DNA of 57,431 nt, counting the filler, from Diploschistes diacapsis (lineage: Eukaryota): NCBI GenBank assembly GCA_023645945.1. It is 7 parts of 7 records of this genome, joined end to end, with 100 filler letters (N's around TTAATTAATTAA, not from the genome) between each part and the next. Parts side by side here need not be neighbours in the genome. Positions count along the whole stretch, not along the records: positions 24,703 to 32,814 come from JALAIB010001193.1; positions 32,915 to 41,023 come from JALAIB010001194.1; 5 more parts are not named here. One strand, 5' to 3'. The position numbers were made by a program, and so were the translations under genes. The number at the start of each line of letters is the position of its first letter. Positions within the stretch are counted from its first letter, which is position 1. Below are positions 24,703 to 38,047 of this stretch, piece after piece. The notes under the pieces are model-generated. The model searched no databases and had not been told where the DNA came from. It saw only the letters and a list, made by a program, of their open reading frames with translations.

Positions 24703-27700
24703 GAAGGGGGATGACTTGCTTTTGGGGGGCCATATTGGGGCGCAGTTCAAAGCCTGAATCTAATCAGTTTTGATCTTTTAGAACTTTTCTACCTCCTATA
24801 TAGTTATTTAGGCCGATTCAATCCACAACTACGTTAGAATCAACCTTTGGTGATGTACGCAGAGACGTAATATGGACTCGTATATATGATGCATACTAAT
24901 TACTATGGGCACTAGGTATGAGCTAAAACGGCTTGGCATCTATACTATATTTTTGGTGCTCATGAGTCAAGCGGCCCACGGTCAACTCCATGCTCGCTGT
25001 CTCTAATCATTTTCTCGAATGCGCTTCCGAGGCTGTCTGGACAATCAGCGTTAGACCGACCTTTACGATGCTGTTCATGTATCAGACAGAGCGTAAGTTT
25101 GAAAAGAGTAGTCTCTGGGTTGTATAGAGCCAAAAGTTTCTTCTAGGAGGCTCACAAGATCCTTAGTTCTATGGCTGATCTTCATTTGCCTTGTACTGCG
25201 TGGCTTAAGGAATGATTTGGGATACCTGTCGGTTCCTTCTTGAAAGACACAAGCCTCGCTCATCCCTCCAAGCAATGTTGCACAGCCCTCGGTAATTCCC
25301 CGATAATCCCCATTTTGGTCATGTCTCAGCATACTTCGGCAAAGAAATGTCCAACATAACACTTCCTTATAATGCGCCTGCCGCTTTCACCCTTGTTTGC
25401 ACCCAATGGCTTGTTGTGGGTCATGGCGGCAATAAATCGAAAGTCCGCCCACAACGTTGGGACGACAGGGACGTTACAACAGCGCTGAGCAAGATGCACG
25501 ATGCTCCTTTGCGGTTTCGCGCAGCGGAAAGAAAACCCGGTTTCGAATCTGGAAGGAGGCACTACCGAATAGGTGGAACGTCAAGCTTGATGACATGGTA
25601 CAATCGTACTTCACCTGTCAGGCTCAACACTTATCCATTGCAGACAATCGACGCTTGGTGGCCCTTGCACAGTGCTTTGACACCTGTCAGTGCTCATATA
25701 GATAATGTGCTGTAGAACGCAGGCGATGACTCTGTGGCTCGGATGGACAAGATCCGCTCGAGTCCAGACTTCTTCATAGCATCAGCCTTGAACTTACCTC
25801 GGGCTCAATCTTGACCTTAACCAAGTGCAGGGGACTGTCGTATGTGTACTTCAATTCGGGAAATTGGGATAGATACATCTACCCCGCGCGAGAGAGGATG
25901 CTCGAATGCTGCCCGGCAAGGCAAGTGTTTCTGGAAGTGATGCTTCCAGTGCAACTTGGGATGCAAACAGCCGTAGCTCTGGCCCTAAATCAAAGAAACA
26001 TGTCTTAGCATCGTCAAGTATGTACAACACCATCGCGATGTCCATTTAGCAAAAGAGGAACTCTGTGGTAGGTGCGGAGAAGTACAAGCTTCATGTATCG
26101 ACCATGTCGAATTTCGATCGGCGCTGATGTTCGCATTCGAGTCGAGCCGAACTGACACGGTTTTTTCTTACCTCGCAAGAATTCAGAATATCTCTTAAAC
26201 CCGAAACAGAAGGTTGCTAACCTGCCGCCATAGTAGAAAAGGGCTCAAACATCCGATGTCAACAGCGGTGTGATTGCCTTCGCCGCCGTCGCACAAGATT
26301 GACGCAAAGAATTCTGCCCCCAGAACTCCCATAAGCAAAGATGGAATAAGTCCTTATAATTCATTCCCACCAATAATTGCAAGCTTCAATCGCCATGGAA
26401 GATTAAGAAACAAGATTGGCAAAATAATCCACGAAGTCCAGCACACATATAAGGACTAGACCTGCAGGTGATGGCAGTACAAAGTAACATTCTCGGGATA
26501 CTTAATTGGTACCTCATTGAACATCTACCTTGTAATGTTAATGTCCAAAGCTGTGAGACCGGTGGCGCTTTGTGCGCATGATCGTACCCTGTAGGATGAC
26601 CACGATGTTTAGAGCACTCGAATGACCCTGTTCCTAGTAGACACTCCTCACCGTATGTATGACCCTAAGACTGTGTACAGACGAGCGGAAAAGCCCAAGT
26701 GAGACCAAAGTGTGGGACTTCATGTATTCTGTAGGATGATGGAAAGAATTTCAAGGGGCAGCACAGCGGAGTAGCTTAGCCGCCTGATTAGTCAGATCTG
26801 GGTGCTCGCTTCGTACCCCTTGACTAAACTGTACCACCACAAGTCTTAAAATCTTCCTTTCCCATAAGCAATTAGCAACATCAACTGCAGCCCAAGCTTG
26901 AGGTGATTCACTGCACTTGGTTCTTCTCCGTACGTAGCAGAAATTCGCTTGATGTTTTGTTCGCTGCGAATTTATCTCAAGCCAAGCGCTGGTCCTGGGC
27001 CTTGCCAAAGAGGCCGCCGGCGAGTTCCCAGCCAGCGTCATGCGAAGTCGGTGGTTGGTCGAGAAACAATGGAATGCTTTTCGCTGAGACCTTGGAGTTC
27101 TGTCTCGCTGCGACAATGAACCAGACTAGAATAACTATTGGAATGAAGGTTCCTTCGTTCGCCAGCTCCCTTTATAGAAACCCACCCTCCACTGCTCCTG
27201 CATCTCTTTTGTTCATCGGCAACGTCCATTGAAAAGATTTGTGATTTAATTAACTAATCTAATCGCATCCGTTGGCAAGTGCCCCTTCAATCTCAGCCGG
27301 GGTTACCGTTACCACGCTTAACCACAACGGGGAAGAAGCTTTGTTTTTCTTTTCAAACGCTCAGCCAACGGCATCGTCTAACCCAGCCGGAGTTACTATC
27401 CACCGCACCTGCTGGTGTGACTTGTTTCAGACGGTTATTTAATTTACTAACTTACTATTACAGTTAGTTGGTAATCAACACTCCCACGTCCCACAGTTCT
27501 TTAGCGTGTTTCCACGTTTTGAAATTACCGATTCGCCCAAGCTAAACCTATTTGTACTCCTGCAAATAAATCCTCTCACCATCGAACCTGAACCTTTCTT
27601 TCTCTTCATCCCACAACTTCACCATTCGGCTTTTCACAGACGCTCTTTACTACGACGGTTAGGTGCTTCTTTCTCAGCTTCAGTCACACTTCACTCTTTC

Positions 27701-28035
27701 AGTGTGCCTGTCGCTAGTCCTTCTTTTGACCTGCTCTTTCCCGTTACGCCAGTCGAAACAACACTCTTTACTTTCACAGGTAAGACTCGAGAAAATAAAT
27801 ACTCACTGCTCTGACCTTTGTATTCATTCCTGTCAATCTACCTAACACAATCACCCTTGACCTACCTCAGAGAGCCTGCATCTTAACCATCTCAATCCAC
27901 TCAAGTATAGCTTAACTGACCTTCACTTTCCCTTAGCCCTTTCATCCGACATTCCTGTGGAAGTTGGTTCTCTTCGAACTGCACGAATTTGTCACCCCCT
28001 GTGAAAATCCATTCACTCATTCTCAAACCGCCAAA

Positions 28036-29160
28036 ATGCGCGTTACCAATCTTCTGGCTTTCCTCTTCGCGGCTGGCTCTATTGCCATGCCTGTGAACAA
28101 ACGCCAGACCGATGAGGTTCTGGTCACCGAGGTCGAGTACGTTGACCAATACGGCGACGTTATCAGCGTCGCCTATGAGACTGCCGCTCCAACCCCTGTG
28201 GGTGGAGCACCTGCGGCAACACCGCAGCCCCAGGGCTCATCTGCCCCTGTCTCATCCGCCCCGGCCTCAGCTACCCCGCCATCATCTTCCCAGGCTCCCG
28301 CTCCGGTTGCTGCTCAATCCCAGCCCGCCAACTCCCCTTCTCCGGTTGCTAGTCCATCTGCCACCCCGACTCCGGTCTCTCAAACTTCCGGTGGATCTGG
28401 TGGTGCTTCTGGTGGCTCCGCTGCCCAAGCTGTTGAGGCCTACATCTCTGCCAATGGCAACGCCGATACTCTCTATGTTGGATGGGTTGACCCCAGTGAC
28501 CCCAAATTTGGCGAGATCGCTGTCTACCACCACAACATTCATCGTCTTAACCACTCCGTCAGCACGGTGTCCTACAATGATTCCATGGCCTCCCAAGCTC
28601 AGGCATGGGCCGAGAAGTGTATCACCGAGGAAGAAGTGTAAGTTCTCCGAGGCCCCCATCTATTTTCCTCTTTCTGACATTTTGACTACTTGCAGCCCCG
28701 CGGGATCTGGTATGGGCATGAACGTGGCTTTCAGCACTTCGACGGACGGCTACAACCCTTCTTACTTTGTTACCGGTAGTTGGTACAACAGCGAGATTGA
28801 CAACTTCCCCGCATACGGCAACGGCAATCTTCCAGTTGGTGACGGGTAAGTAAACTTTGCCTGGTGCGTCTTTGCATTGCTCATACCGTCAGTACCAACT
28901 TCAACGACTGGGGTCATTTCACCCAGGTTGTCTGGCCCAATGTTACTCAGATTGGCTGTGGTGTCTTCGCAGGCTGCAACGATGGGTTCGCCGTTCACAG
29001 CGGATGCTTTTACTACATCGAGGGTAAGCCGGATCTTTCCTGACTCGGTGTTGCCAAAAGACTGACATCTGTTGAAGGTAACATTGAAGGCGAGTTCAAT
29101 GTCATCAACGAGCCTGGTGGAGCCCCGATCGCTTTCCCCAACGGTCAAGACTCGATGTAA
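28036..29160 (+). CDS. Secreted CAP/SCP/PR-1 family protein (Pry-like) with Ser/Pro/Ala-rich linker; introns 28638-28695, 28846-28892, 29024-29077
   Basis: Signal peptide ending before MPVNKR, then HHNIHRLNH, AQAWAEKC, WYNSE, WGHFTQVVW, IGCG and GNIEGEF after splicing. Confidence 0.9.
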
Positions 29161-30175
29161 TCTTACATTGTATTCGTCGGCATTAGCACATGCATCGTTC
29201 ATTTTTCACGTCAACTAACTCAAATGCCTGTGTCTTGAGAAGCACAACAATGAATGGATGGGTATGTCTGTTTCACATGGGTGGCCGAACTTTGTGAAGT
29301 TTCTTAGAGCGATGGGTAGCATTCGGCTGGGGCCGCTGCATGACTTGTCGCAAATATCAGCTTGCTGGATTTAGGTGATGGAGTCTCTCACTGGTCGGAA
29401 AGCTTGCCTTTCTGGCAGTACTCTATTGGCTCTACTGGTGCATACGTTGCGAGGCTGGCTCTGGAGATGTTGGTTCGCTTCAGTTGTGCATACTTTTGAT
29501 CGTAACTGGTAGACCTTTACGAGCTGGCTAGGAGTGCTCAAATCCATGACTCTTAAACAATATGCACCTTATGTGTGTTCCACCGTGATGTTGCTGCTTG
29601 CCCGAACTTATTGATTTGCAACGAGCCAGTGATAATTCGTGCTACTTAGTATACCTTGGTCTCTGACACGCTAGGCCACTCTTGTGGCTCTTTCAAATTC
29701 CAGTGATGCCCACAACGTTTGCTCGGTTGAATGGCTCACCGGTGGTAGTTAGTGATCGATGGGCTGACGGGCCGGGAGTGAAGATCAACGTAGTTATCCA
29801 TGCCAAGCCTCCCTTTCTAGCTATCGAAAGCTTGACAAGCCCCCACAAAACGCCACAGTTTCCCCAGATTATTCAGACTAAGTTGTGGCGAGATGACAAA
29901 ACATGACAAGTTGACTGGGAATAACCTGTCCGTGCTTTGAAACTAAAGTCCCGCACGGCGCAAAGTATGATGAAACCGGTACTTGGTCATTTCCATTCAA
30001 TGCTATAAGAATGCAGTGATGTTGATTAGGACCGTAAAGGGTCCAAGCATTGGATTACAGCGATATCATATAAAGGCAAGACCATCCATCCTATATATTC
30101 GCGAGTAGACTGATAGGTTTCGTATAGGCTGTCAGCATACACATGACGCTACACATTGCACGACCACTGTCAAGC

Positions 30176-32814
30176 ATGGCGTCCACAAAGGAGTCTAGCA
30201 ATATATCTGCTAGGAACTTAACCTTGAGGAATCGGTTGAGTGAGAGCAGGAGTCCGTACGTGAGTCTTTCCTTTGGTGATAGCCTCTTTCGTCTCTTCTA
30301 CTGGAAACTTCTAATCTGACTTATTATGATGCTAATATCCTCCATAAGGTACGGGCGCATATGAACAACCCAGTTGCATGGCAACTTTGGGATTCGGAAA
30401 CCTTATCCTTAGCCAAGAAGCACAATCGGCTCCTTTTCGTCAGCATTGGCTATGCTGCTTGTCATTGTACGTCCTCGCAACCGCTCGCTTCACCTTGACT
30501 ACCTATACTAATCATGAAGGGTGCCATGTTATGGAGCGCGAATCATTCATGTCGCAAGAAATTGCCGACGTCCTGAACGCCTCGTTCATCCCTGTCAAGA
30601 TCGATCGCGAAGAGAGACCGGATATCGATGCCATCTACATGAACTGTTAGTGGAGCTTCGACGGTCAATCAGTCGCCCATAGAGTGCTTATAGTATCCCA
30701 GACGTTCAGGCTACTACTGGCGGAGGAGGCTGGCCTTTAAATGTTTTCATCACGCCAGATCTTGAGCCCGTATTTGGTGGCACATACTTTTCAGGTCCAA
30801 GCAGCACAGCTGGTACCGGTATCGTGCAGCGAGTTGGCTTCGCCGATGTACTGGAGAAGCTGAGGGACGTGTGGGCTACGCAGGAGCAAAAATGCAGAGA
30901 CAGTGCAAAGGAAATCACTAAGCAGCTCAGACAATTTGCTGAGGAGGGCGTCCATAGTCGCGGGAGCGCGAAGACGGGCGATCAACTGTCAGAGTCTCTA
31001 GAACTTGATGTACTGGAAGAGGCCTATCGAACTATCGCGCATCAGTACGACCGGGAGCATGGCGGCTTCTCTTCAGCGCCGAAATTCCCAACACCAGTCA
31101 GGCTCAGGTTCCTCCTTCAACTCGGCCAGTGGCCTTCAGCTGTGTCGGACCTCATCGGGCCGAGCGACTGTGCAGAAGCCGCGGCCATGGCTATCTCAAC
31201 GCTGCGGAACATGGCAAGAGGCGGAATTCGTGACCATATTGGCTATGGATTTGCTCGTTATTCTGTGACAAGGGATTGGTCGCTTCCACACTTCGAAAAG
31301 ATGCTCTATGATCAGGCACTGCTGCTCGATGCTTACGTCGACGCCTTTCTTCTGACCCACGACGCCGAGATGCTCGGCGCCATCTACGACATTGCAACAT
31401 ACCTCACCAGTCCTCCCATCGCACGTCCTGAAGGTGGCTTCTTCTCCTCCGAAGACGCCGACTCAGCGCCTTCACGATCAGACTCCGAAAAGCGCGAAGG
31501 TGCCTTCTACGTCTGGACTGCCAAAGAAATCCAAGCCATCCTTCCGCCCCAGGAAGCCGACATCGTCACGCGTTTTTACAACGTTAGGCCCAACGGTAAT
31601 GTCGCGCAAGAACATGATATCCATGACGAGCTATTGAACCAGAACGTCCTTGCAATCGTCTCTTCGCCGGCTGCTCTGTCAAAGGACCTTGGTATACCAG
31701 AAGCACAAGTCATCTCAACCCTTCGCACTGCTCGCACTAAGCTCCGGCAGCACCGCGACGCCCACCGTCCCCAACCGGGTCTGGACGACAAGCTCGTCGT
31801 GTCCTGGAACGGTCTTGCGATCTCCGCTCTCTCGCGAGCGTCTGCCGCGCTAGGAACCATCGATCCCGTGGCCTCGGCATCCTGGCTTGCGTCTGCGATC
31901 AAAGCGGCGGAGTTTATCCGCACGCATATGTGGGACGCCCAGAGCGGAGTGCTGTGGCGCATCTTCCGCGGGACGCGCGGGAATATCAGGGGTTTGGCCG
32001 ATGATTACGCAGCCATTGTCCAAGCAGCGATAGAGCTGTACGGATGCACCTTCGACGAGAGCTGGCTGCGGTGGGCGGACGAACTACAGAAGGCTCAAAA
32101 CCGAGACTTCTTAGCCCCAGAGGGCGGATTCTACACGACGCCCAACCTGGCCGGCTCCGGCTCCGGCTCCGGCTCTACCTCTTCGGCGTCGACTGGCACA
32201 CCCGCTTCGAAGACTCCCAGCGAAACCACAGGCTCAGACCTCCTGCTCCGCCTCAAGTCCGGCATGGACAACGCCGAACCCTCCGCCAACTCCCTCTCCT
32301 GCAGCAATCTCTTCCGCCTGTCCAGCCTGCTGGAAGACGAGCAGTACGCGGCCCTGGCCCGGCGCACCGTCATGGCCTTCGAGGCCGAGATCGAGCAGTG
32401 GCCGGGCTCCTTCCCCGGCCTGCTCCACGGCGTCGCCTGGGCTGCCGTTGGGGGGAAGAGCGTGTGGATTATCGGTGGCGACGACGACAGGAAGAACGAC
32501 GACCGGGAACACGATGATGGCGGAGAGAGGGCGGGATCGTCGCGCCGCCTTCTGAGCGGTATGGATGACGTGGCGGATGAGCCCGCTGCTGCTGCTGCTG
32601 CTGCTGCTGCTACGGCTGCTACGAATATCCCGGAAGGCGACAAGGCTGGGATGCGGAGCAAGGTACCGGGGGGTCCTGGGCAGCCGCTGACGGCGAGGAG
32701 CGTCCTGGCGCATCTACGTGCGGGGACGGGGACGGGGAGGACGGTATTGAGGGTTAGGAAGGGGGATGGCTGGCTGAGGGGAAGGAACGCGCTTGTCGGG
32801 GCACTGGATGTGAG
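30176..32814 (+). CDS. SPATA20/YyaL-like protein (thioredoxin-like DUF255 plus six-hairpin domain); 4 short 5' introns; 3' end lost at the gap
   Basis: NRLSESRSPYVRAHMNNPVAWQ, SIGYAACHWCHVMERESF, KIDREERPDID, GGGWPLNVF, APKFP, PHFEKMLYDQA and DDKLVVSWNGL. Confidence 0.92.
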
Positions 32815-32914
32815 NNNNNNNNNNNNNNNNNNNNNNNNNNNNNNNNNNNNNNNNNNNNTTAATTAATTAANNNNNNNNNNNNNNNNNNNNNNNNNNNNNN
32901 NNNNNNNNNNNNNN
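32815..32914. other. Artificial contig spacer
   Basis: N44-TTAATTAATTAA-N44. Confidence 0.98.
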
Positions 32915-33072
32915 TACTACATGTGTCTGCAAATGTAAGGAATTCAAACAGTTAAGTGCTGTCGTTAGTGGCTGATGTTCAAGCTATCCCCTACACCCCT
33001 ACATTCAGTGCTAACATGCAAGACTTTTGCAAACAATTCATCGGCAGTAAACTGCTCTGTACACGTTCTCAG

Positions 33073-33316
33073 CACTTGTCAACTCGGCGCTTGCCCACTT
33101 GGGGCAATGGCAATGGCAATGGGGTGGAGGGCGGGAGTGTGACGGCGGAGCCGATTGAAAATTGGAGGCGGGCGGCGGAGGTGACGAGTGCGTTGAAGGC
33201 GAAGATTGATCAGCTGAAGGTATGTGTGTGGTTCCTTTTGGGGGCCCATGGCTGTATTATTGGGGGATATTTTGAGGCTAATGGTTTCGCAGACACGGCA
33301 GGGGTTACAGCGGTAA
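33073..33316 (+). CDS. 3' terminal exons of a truncated hypothetical gene; intron 33220-33292
   Basis: VTAEPIENWRRAAEVTSALKAKIDQLK, GTATGT donor, GCTAAT branch site and CAG acceptor, then TRQGLQR*. The 5' part is not recoverable. Confidence 0.5.
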
Positions 33317-33630
33317 TGGCGTTAAGATACCGCGTTCCAAGTTAGCGTTTCCTCGCTCTTTTTCTTTTCTGTTGTCTATTTTTGGAGCCGAGTTCGGCTG
33401 GAGCATTTTCGATACCAACATTACTTAAGCGGAACTGGGACATGGCTATGGGCAAACGAGCTACGATTTGAGAAGGAACGGTGGAATTCGGTGTCACAGT
33501 CTACCTTCAGTCATCTTGTGATGTCCAAAAGGCACTGAGGAAACAATCTTTGCGCAGCATGCCATAAATCGTCGTTTTTGCATGGCTACGGGATATCATT
33601 CTCAAACTTGTCAAATACGAGCTACCAGAT

Positions 33631-34998
33631 TTAGATCTTGATAGCTGACTCCAGAGCCTTGCGCTTCTTCTCGACGCGCGCATTGGCCTTCGCGCCCATG
33701 ATGCCTCCACCCCAGTGTCGCTTCAGTTCTTCGTTCTTGTCTGTGTACCCCTCTTTGATCGTGCTGACCAACTTTGAAAGATCACCCTTGTCTTCCTGTT
33801 TCACTTCAGTGAACGCGAGAACAGCAGCAGTCTGCAGTACAGTTAGCAATCGTCGATGATTCCACAAGAGTGAACTTGGACCTTTTTGTGAACAACAGTG
33901 CCTAATCTAGCCTTGCCCTTGACGATAGCGTAGGGAACGCCCATCTTCCTGCACAAAGCAGGTAGGAAGACAACCAGTTCTATTGGGTCAACGTCGTTGG
34001 GGATCGGCATTATGTTAGTGAGGTACCATCCCGATGCGTTCCACACTTACGAGGACCAAGGCCGCTTTTTTGTTCTCGATCAATGCCGTAACGTGGTTGA
34101 GCCCGTACTTTACTGTTCCGATGTTAATGGACGTATTTTCATATCAAAACGATGCATGCACCAGTGTAAGGTTTTTTGCTAGCGTCCTCTCGTTTCTTCC
34201 CTTCGCTGATAGCGGTGGCCTCCTTTTGAAGTCGCTCCTTCTTCTCCCTAAAACAGTGAATTAGAGAGTACTATGATGCTGTCATGGAACCCTGCGTACA
34301 CCTTGGTCTCAGGACGGTATTTGTTAAGGAGCTTGAAGGTTTGTGTCGCAGTATTGCGATCGAGGGTATTCGAGAATTGGGCAATGGCAGGAGGAACCTT
34401 GAGACGCATGTTGAGGATCTTCCTCTGCCTTTGCAAACGTATGTATTCTGGCCATTTTACCATGCGCGAAAGATTGCGCTTTGGCTGGATATCTTGACCG
34501 ATAGCGAAATTGCGAGGTCGTTCTGTCCATCCGTTTTAGCCTCTTCCCGGCGGAAGATGTAGATAAGTGGCCTTACTTTCAATCAGAGGGTTCTAGAGTC
34601 ACTGTGAGAATTGGATCGATGTGAAAGGGGGTCATCAAAGAGCCCTGAGATACTCTTATGTATTACACTTACCTTCTGCTTCTTAGATGATCCCGCCGCC
34701 TTCCCTTGGGGGAAAGGCGCGGCCGCCGTCTTTTTTCCCGACTTTGGAGGCTGTCATTGAGAAGAGAAGATGGTCAGCGAAACATGTTCACTTAGTGAAA
34801 TCATCTCTGAACTCTAAGAGACAGTATACCGCAGTATTTGCAGGTACTACTGCTCAAGCCATGTCTCCTAGCCAATGCCAACGAAGTGCTACTTCAGGCG
34901 ATTGGAGCCAATTCCATGTTACAAAGACACAAGTATGTCAAGAGTCCCTAGTACAGGGTACACGGAGGATCGAAATAAAGAGGGTGAAATCTTACCAT
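33631..34998 (-). CDS. RPL8: 60S ribosomal protein eL8 (L8/L7a); multiple introns; first exon contributes only the ATG
   Basis: ATG|GTAAG at 34998-34996, then PPKSGKK..., [58 protein letters not shown] and HWGGGIMG. Confidence 0.95.
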
Positions 34999-35408
34999 AT
35001 CCGAAAGCTGATATTGTCGATAACGGGGGAGAAGCAGAGACACAAAATTTAGGAGGAGTGGGAGTATAAACTCGCCTAATTTTAGTGCAGGTTATCGGCA
35101 AAGGAGGAACTAAGTCTCCGCCACCCCGTGACGTAGGGCGCGTGCAGGGCTAACTTCTGCTAACACGCCGATCGCCAGTGACAAATGCCAAGGGTTCAGA
35201 AGCAGTCTGAAATGCTCCCCTCTACTCATAGTTCATAAGCTCACTAGGAACGTTTGAATTTACCATGGGATGAGCTATGTGGGAAGTAACTACGTTTCTC
35301 TAGTCTCACTACTTGCTGTTCTTCGCAATCTGCTAGATTCTTCAGAGCTCCCGAAGCCCTCTTCTCCAGCAGCCCTCGAGCGCCCACATCAAAGCGCAAA
35401 GCACGGCG

Positions 35409-37346
35409 ATGAGCAATTCCACGACGAACGCCATCGCCGATACTATGTCAAGCCGCCGACAGCCTGTGCGACAGACTCGCACCAATCCCTCCAGGACCGC
35501 CACAGCTGCGCGGGCGCGAGAGCTGTCGGAGGAAAAGCCTAAAACTGCGCCGGGCTTCTTCCCCGGTATAACCCACTTCACAGACGCTATTACTGCCCTA
35601 CCGAAAGAAATGACCCGACATTCCACAATGCTTAAAGAGGTGGACGCAAAGATATACGGGCCGGAAGAACAGCTAAAGCGACTGATCGCTACAATCCCAT
35701 CGAGCAACTTCTCGCAAGACGACCCCACTGACACAGCGAGACGTCAGCACTTCCATGCAGCGCGTTTCATAATGAGTGATATGCTGGGGTCTCTTGACGA
35801 GAAAAACCATGTTATTTCGACTGCTAATGAAGATCTGGATAGGCTACTTGCGCGATGTGAAAGCGCTTGGCCGTTGATCGAGCAAGAGATCAGTGAAGAG
35901 GCTCGTTGGGGACGGCTTGACCACTGGGCATACACAGATCGAATGATGGAGAAGAAGCCGACAGCCAATCCCGAGCGCACGACTAGGCGTGGCGATATGA
36001 TATCTGCGGCAGCTGCTGCGGCCGCCGAACTAGAGGCCGCGGTTATGCGGAGTGACACAAGAGCAGGAAAGGTCCAGCGAAGAACCGCCCATGCTGCTGC
36101 TGGTCATGATTCGGATCTCGACATCCGTAAGAAAACGACTCAGAGCCACAAGAGAAAACCGCACGACGTCACCACCGCTCCTAATGGAGCAGGATTAGGG
36201 ATCTCCCAGAGCTCGAGTCAAGCGAGCAAACGGCGGAGAATTGAAAAACCTCTCCCAATTGCAGCCAATGGAGGTGTGTTTATGGAGAAATCTTTGAGCG
36301 GTGTATTTGGGAGCAGTGGGCGCAATGTGCCAGGGAGTCCGCGAGAGGGCTCTGTTGCCGACGCAGGTCGAAAAAAAGGGAAAGCAGCAGGCACAGCTAC
36401 CAATAGCCGCAAAAGGTGAGTATTGTGCCATGCGAGCCTTGTCGTGACCTAACGTGAACACAGAGCTGGCACAGTAAACTCAACGGCTGGGTCTCCTATG
36501 GTCGCGTCATCGCCGGTCATAGGTACGTTTGCGCAACCTAGCAAAAATGCGAATAGTCCGGCACTTGGTACCCCGATGGCTCGCTCGACCTCGACTCGAG
36601 CTGGGCAAAACTCCTCGCAAGCTATTCCCCAACTCGGCGGACCCCAATCCGCCACGTCGGTTCCTCAAGTTAACGGTGGCGCGCACATACTACCAGACAT
36701 GGACAGAGCAACCAGAGCAACCAACGAGTCACGAAACATCAAGGGCGAAGATCAAAACGCAGACACAGAAGCACGGACGGGTTCGCGAACCAACGACCGC
36801 TCCATTAAGCGCGAAGAGTCCATCATCGGCCGCCCACGGCCTCCCTCGATATCGACGGGAGCGCGCAATAACGGCAAGGCATCGAAGACGGGTACGCCCG
36901 TTGTGGGCTCGTTCGCGGAAAATGCTAGGCCTCGGTCCGGGAGGAATTCAACAACAACGCTGAACGCGGCAGACTTACCTGTCAAGCGGTCACATAAGAA
37001 AAAGGAGCCAGCGCAGCAACGGCAGCGCTCGGGAACTAAACTAAAAGCGAAGGACGAGGACGAAGGCAGTTTACAGGATGATGACGATGAAGAAGAGCCA
37101 AGGTACTGTTACTGCAACCAATTCAGTTATGGGGAGATGGTGGCGTGCGATATGGAAGGATGCAAGAAGGAGTGGTTTCATCTGGATTGCGTTGGGCTTA
37201 GTAGGCCGCCGACTGCGAAGTGTACGTCCTTATTCCCCTTGCAATGTCTATAGAGTCTGGTTGTTGCTGACGTTATAGTAGCGAAGTGGTTTTGTGACGA
37301 CTGTAAGCCGAAGGTTGAGCAAAGGCAGGCTTTGGAAGTGCGGTAA
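35409..37346 (+). CDS. PHO23: ING-family PHD-finger protein (Pho23-like, Rpd3L subunit); 2 introns
   Basis: N-terminal ING helical region [19 protein letters not shown]...LKEVDAK; C-terminal [34 protein letters not shown]...KWFCDDC. Confidence 0.8.
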
Positions 37347-38047
37347 AACGTCGTATAGGGAAGCTGCTGTATATGATGCCCCGTTAATGTCAGTGATGTA
37401 AATATCAGCAGGATCGGCTTGATGCTTGGGGGCATGTCGATCACCCATGCGCTCTTCCTACAGAAGTAGTGTACATGAGGGCACCACTACCTTCAAGTCG
37501 CTCAACAAACATCAACGCATGCAAGCTAGTGTGCATCGTAAATTATGGAAGTGAACAGTGAAATCAAAGCCCATGGTCTGGATTAAATGTACTATTAACA
37601 CGCCGACCAAGCAAAGTTTGACGGATGTCGACGTACTTCTGCCGTCACCGGTTTTCCACACTTGTTATCCAACACACCCAAAATTCTATAGCAACGTTTA
37701 GTAGCTGACGCTACGTATACGACCACTATTCACGGAAAGGGGGTTTCCTGTACAAAGTTGGGTTGAACATCACTTGCCCTTGCTGCTGTGATAGGGTAGA
37801 TTAGATCTGATCCCATCACAAGTTATGCTAGTATGGTGTAAGCAAGAGTATTGCTGTACAACGAGGCTGAGTGATACCATGAAAATCTTACCGCATGATA
37901 AATTTCCACGAGTCCGATTGATAGATTCCAATATAAACGGAGGGAAGCAGCAGCCTTCGTATCTCATATATGCACCAAGCGACGGATTCCCTTTGCCATG
38001 GAAGATATTTATTCGACCACGCGATACACCTCATCACAAGCCTTGCC

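Noticed and set aside
24703..27900. Many short ORFs upstream of the CAP gene
   Set aside because: I could not build a consistent exon chain or find a family motif; treated as intergenic or unrecognisably decayed.
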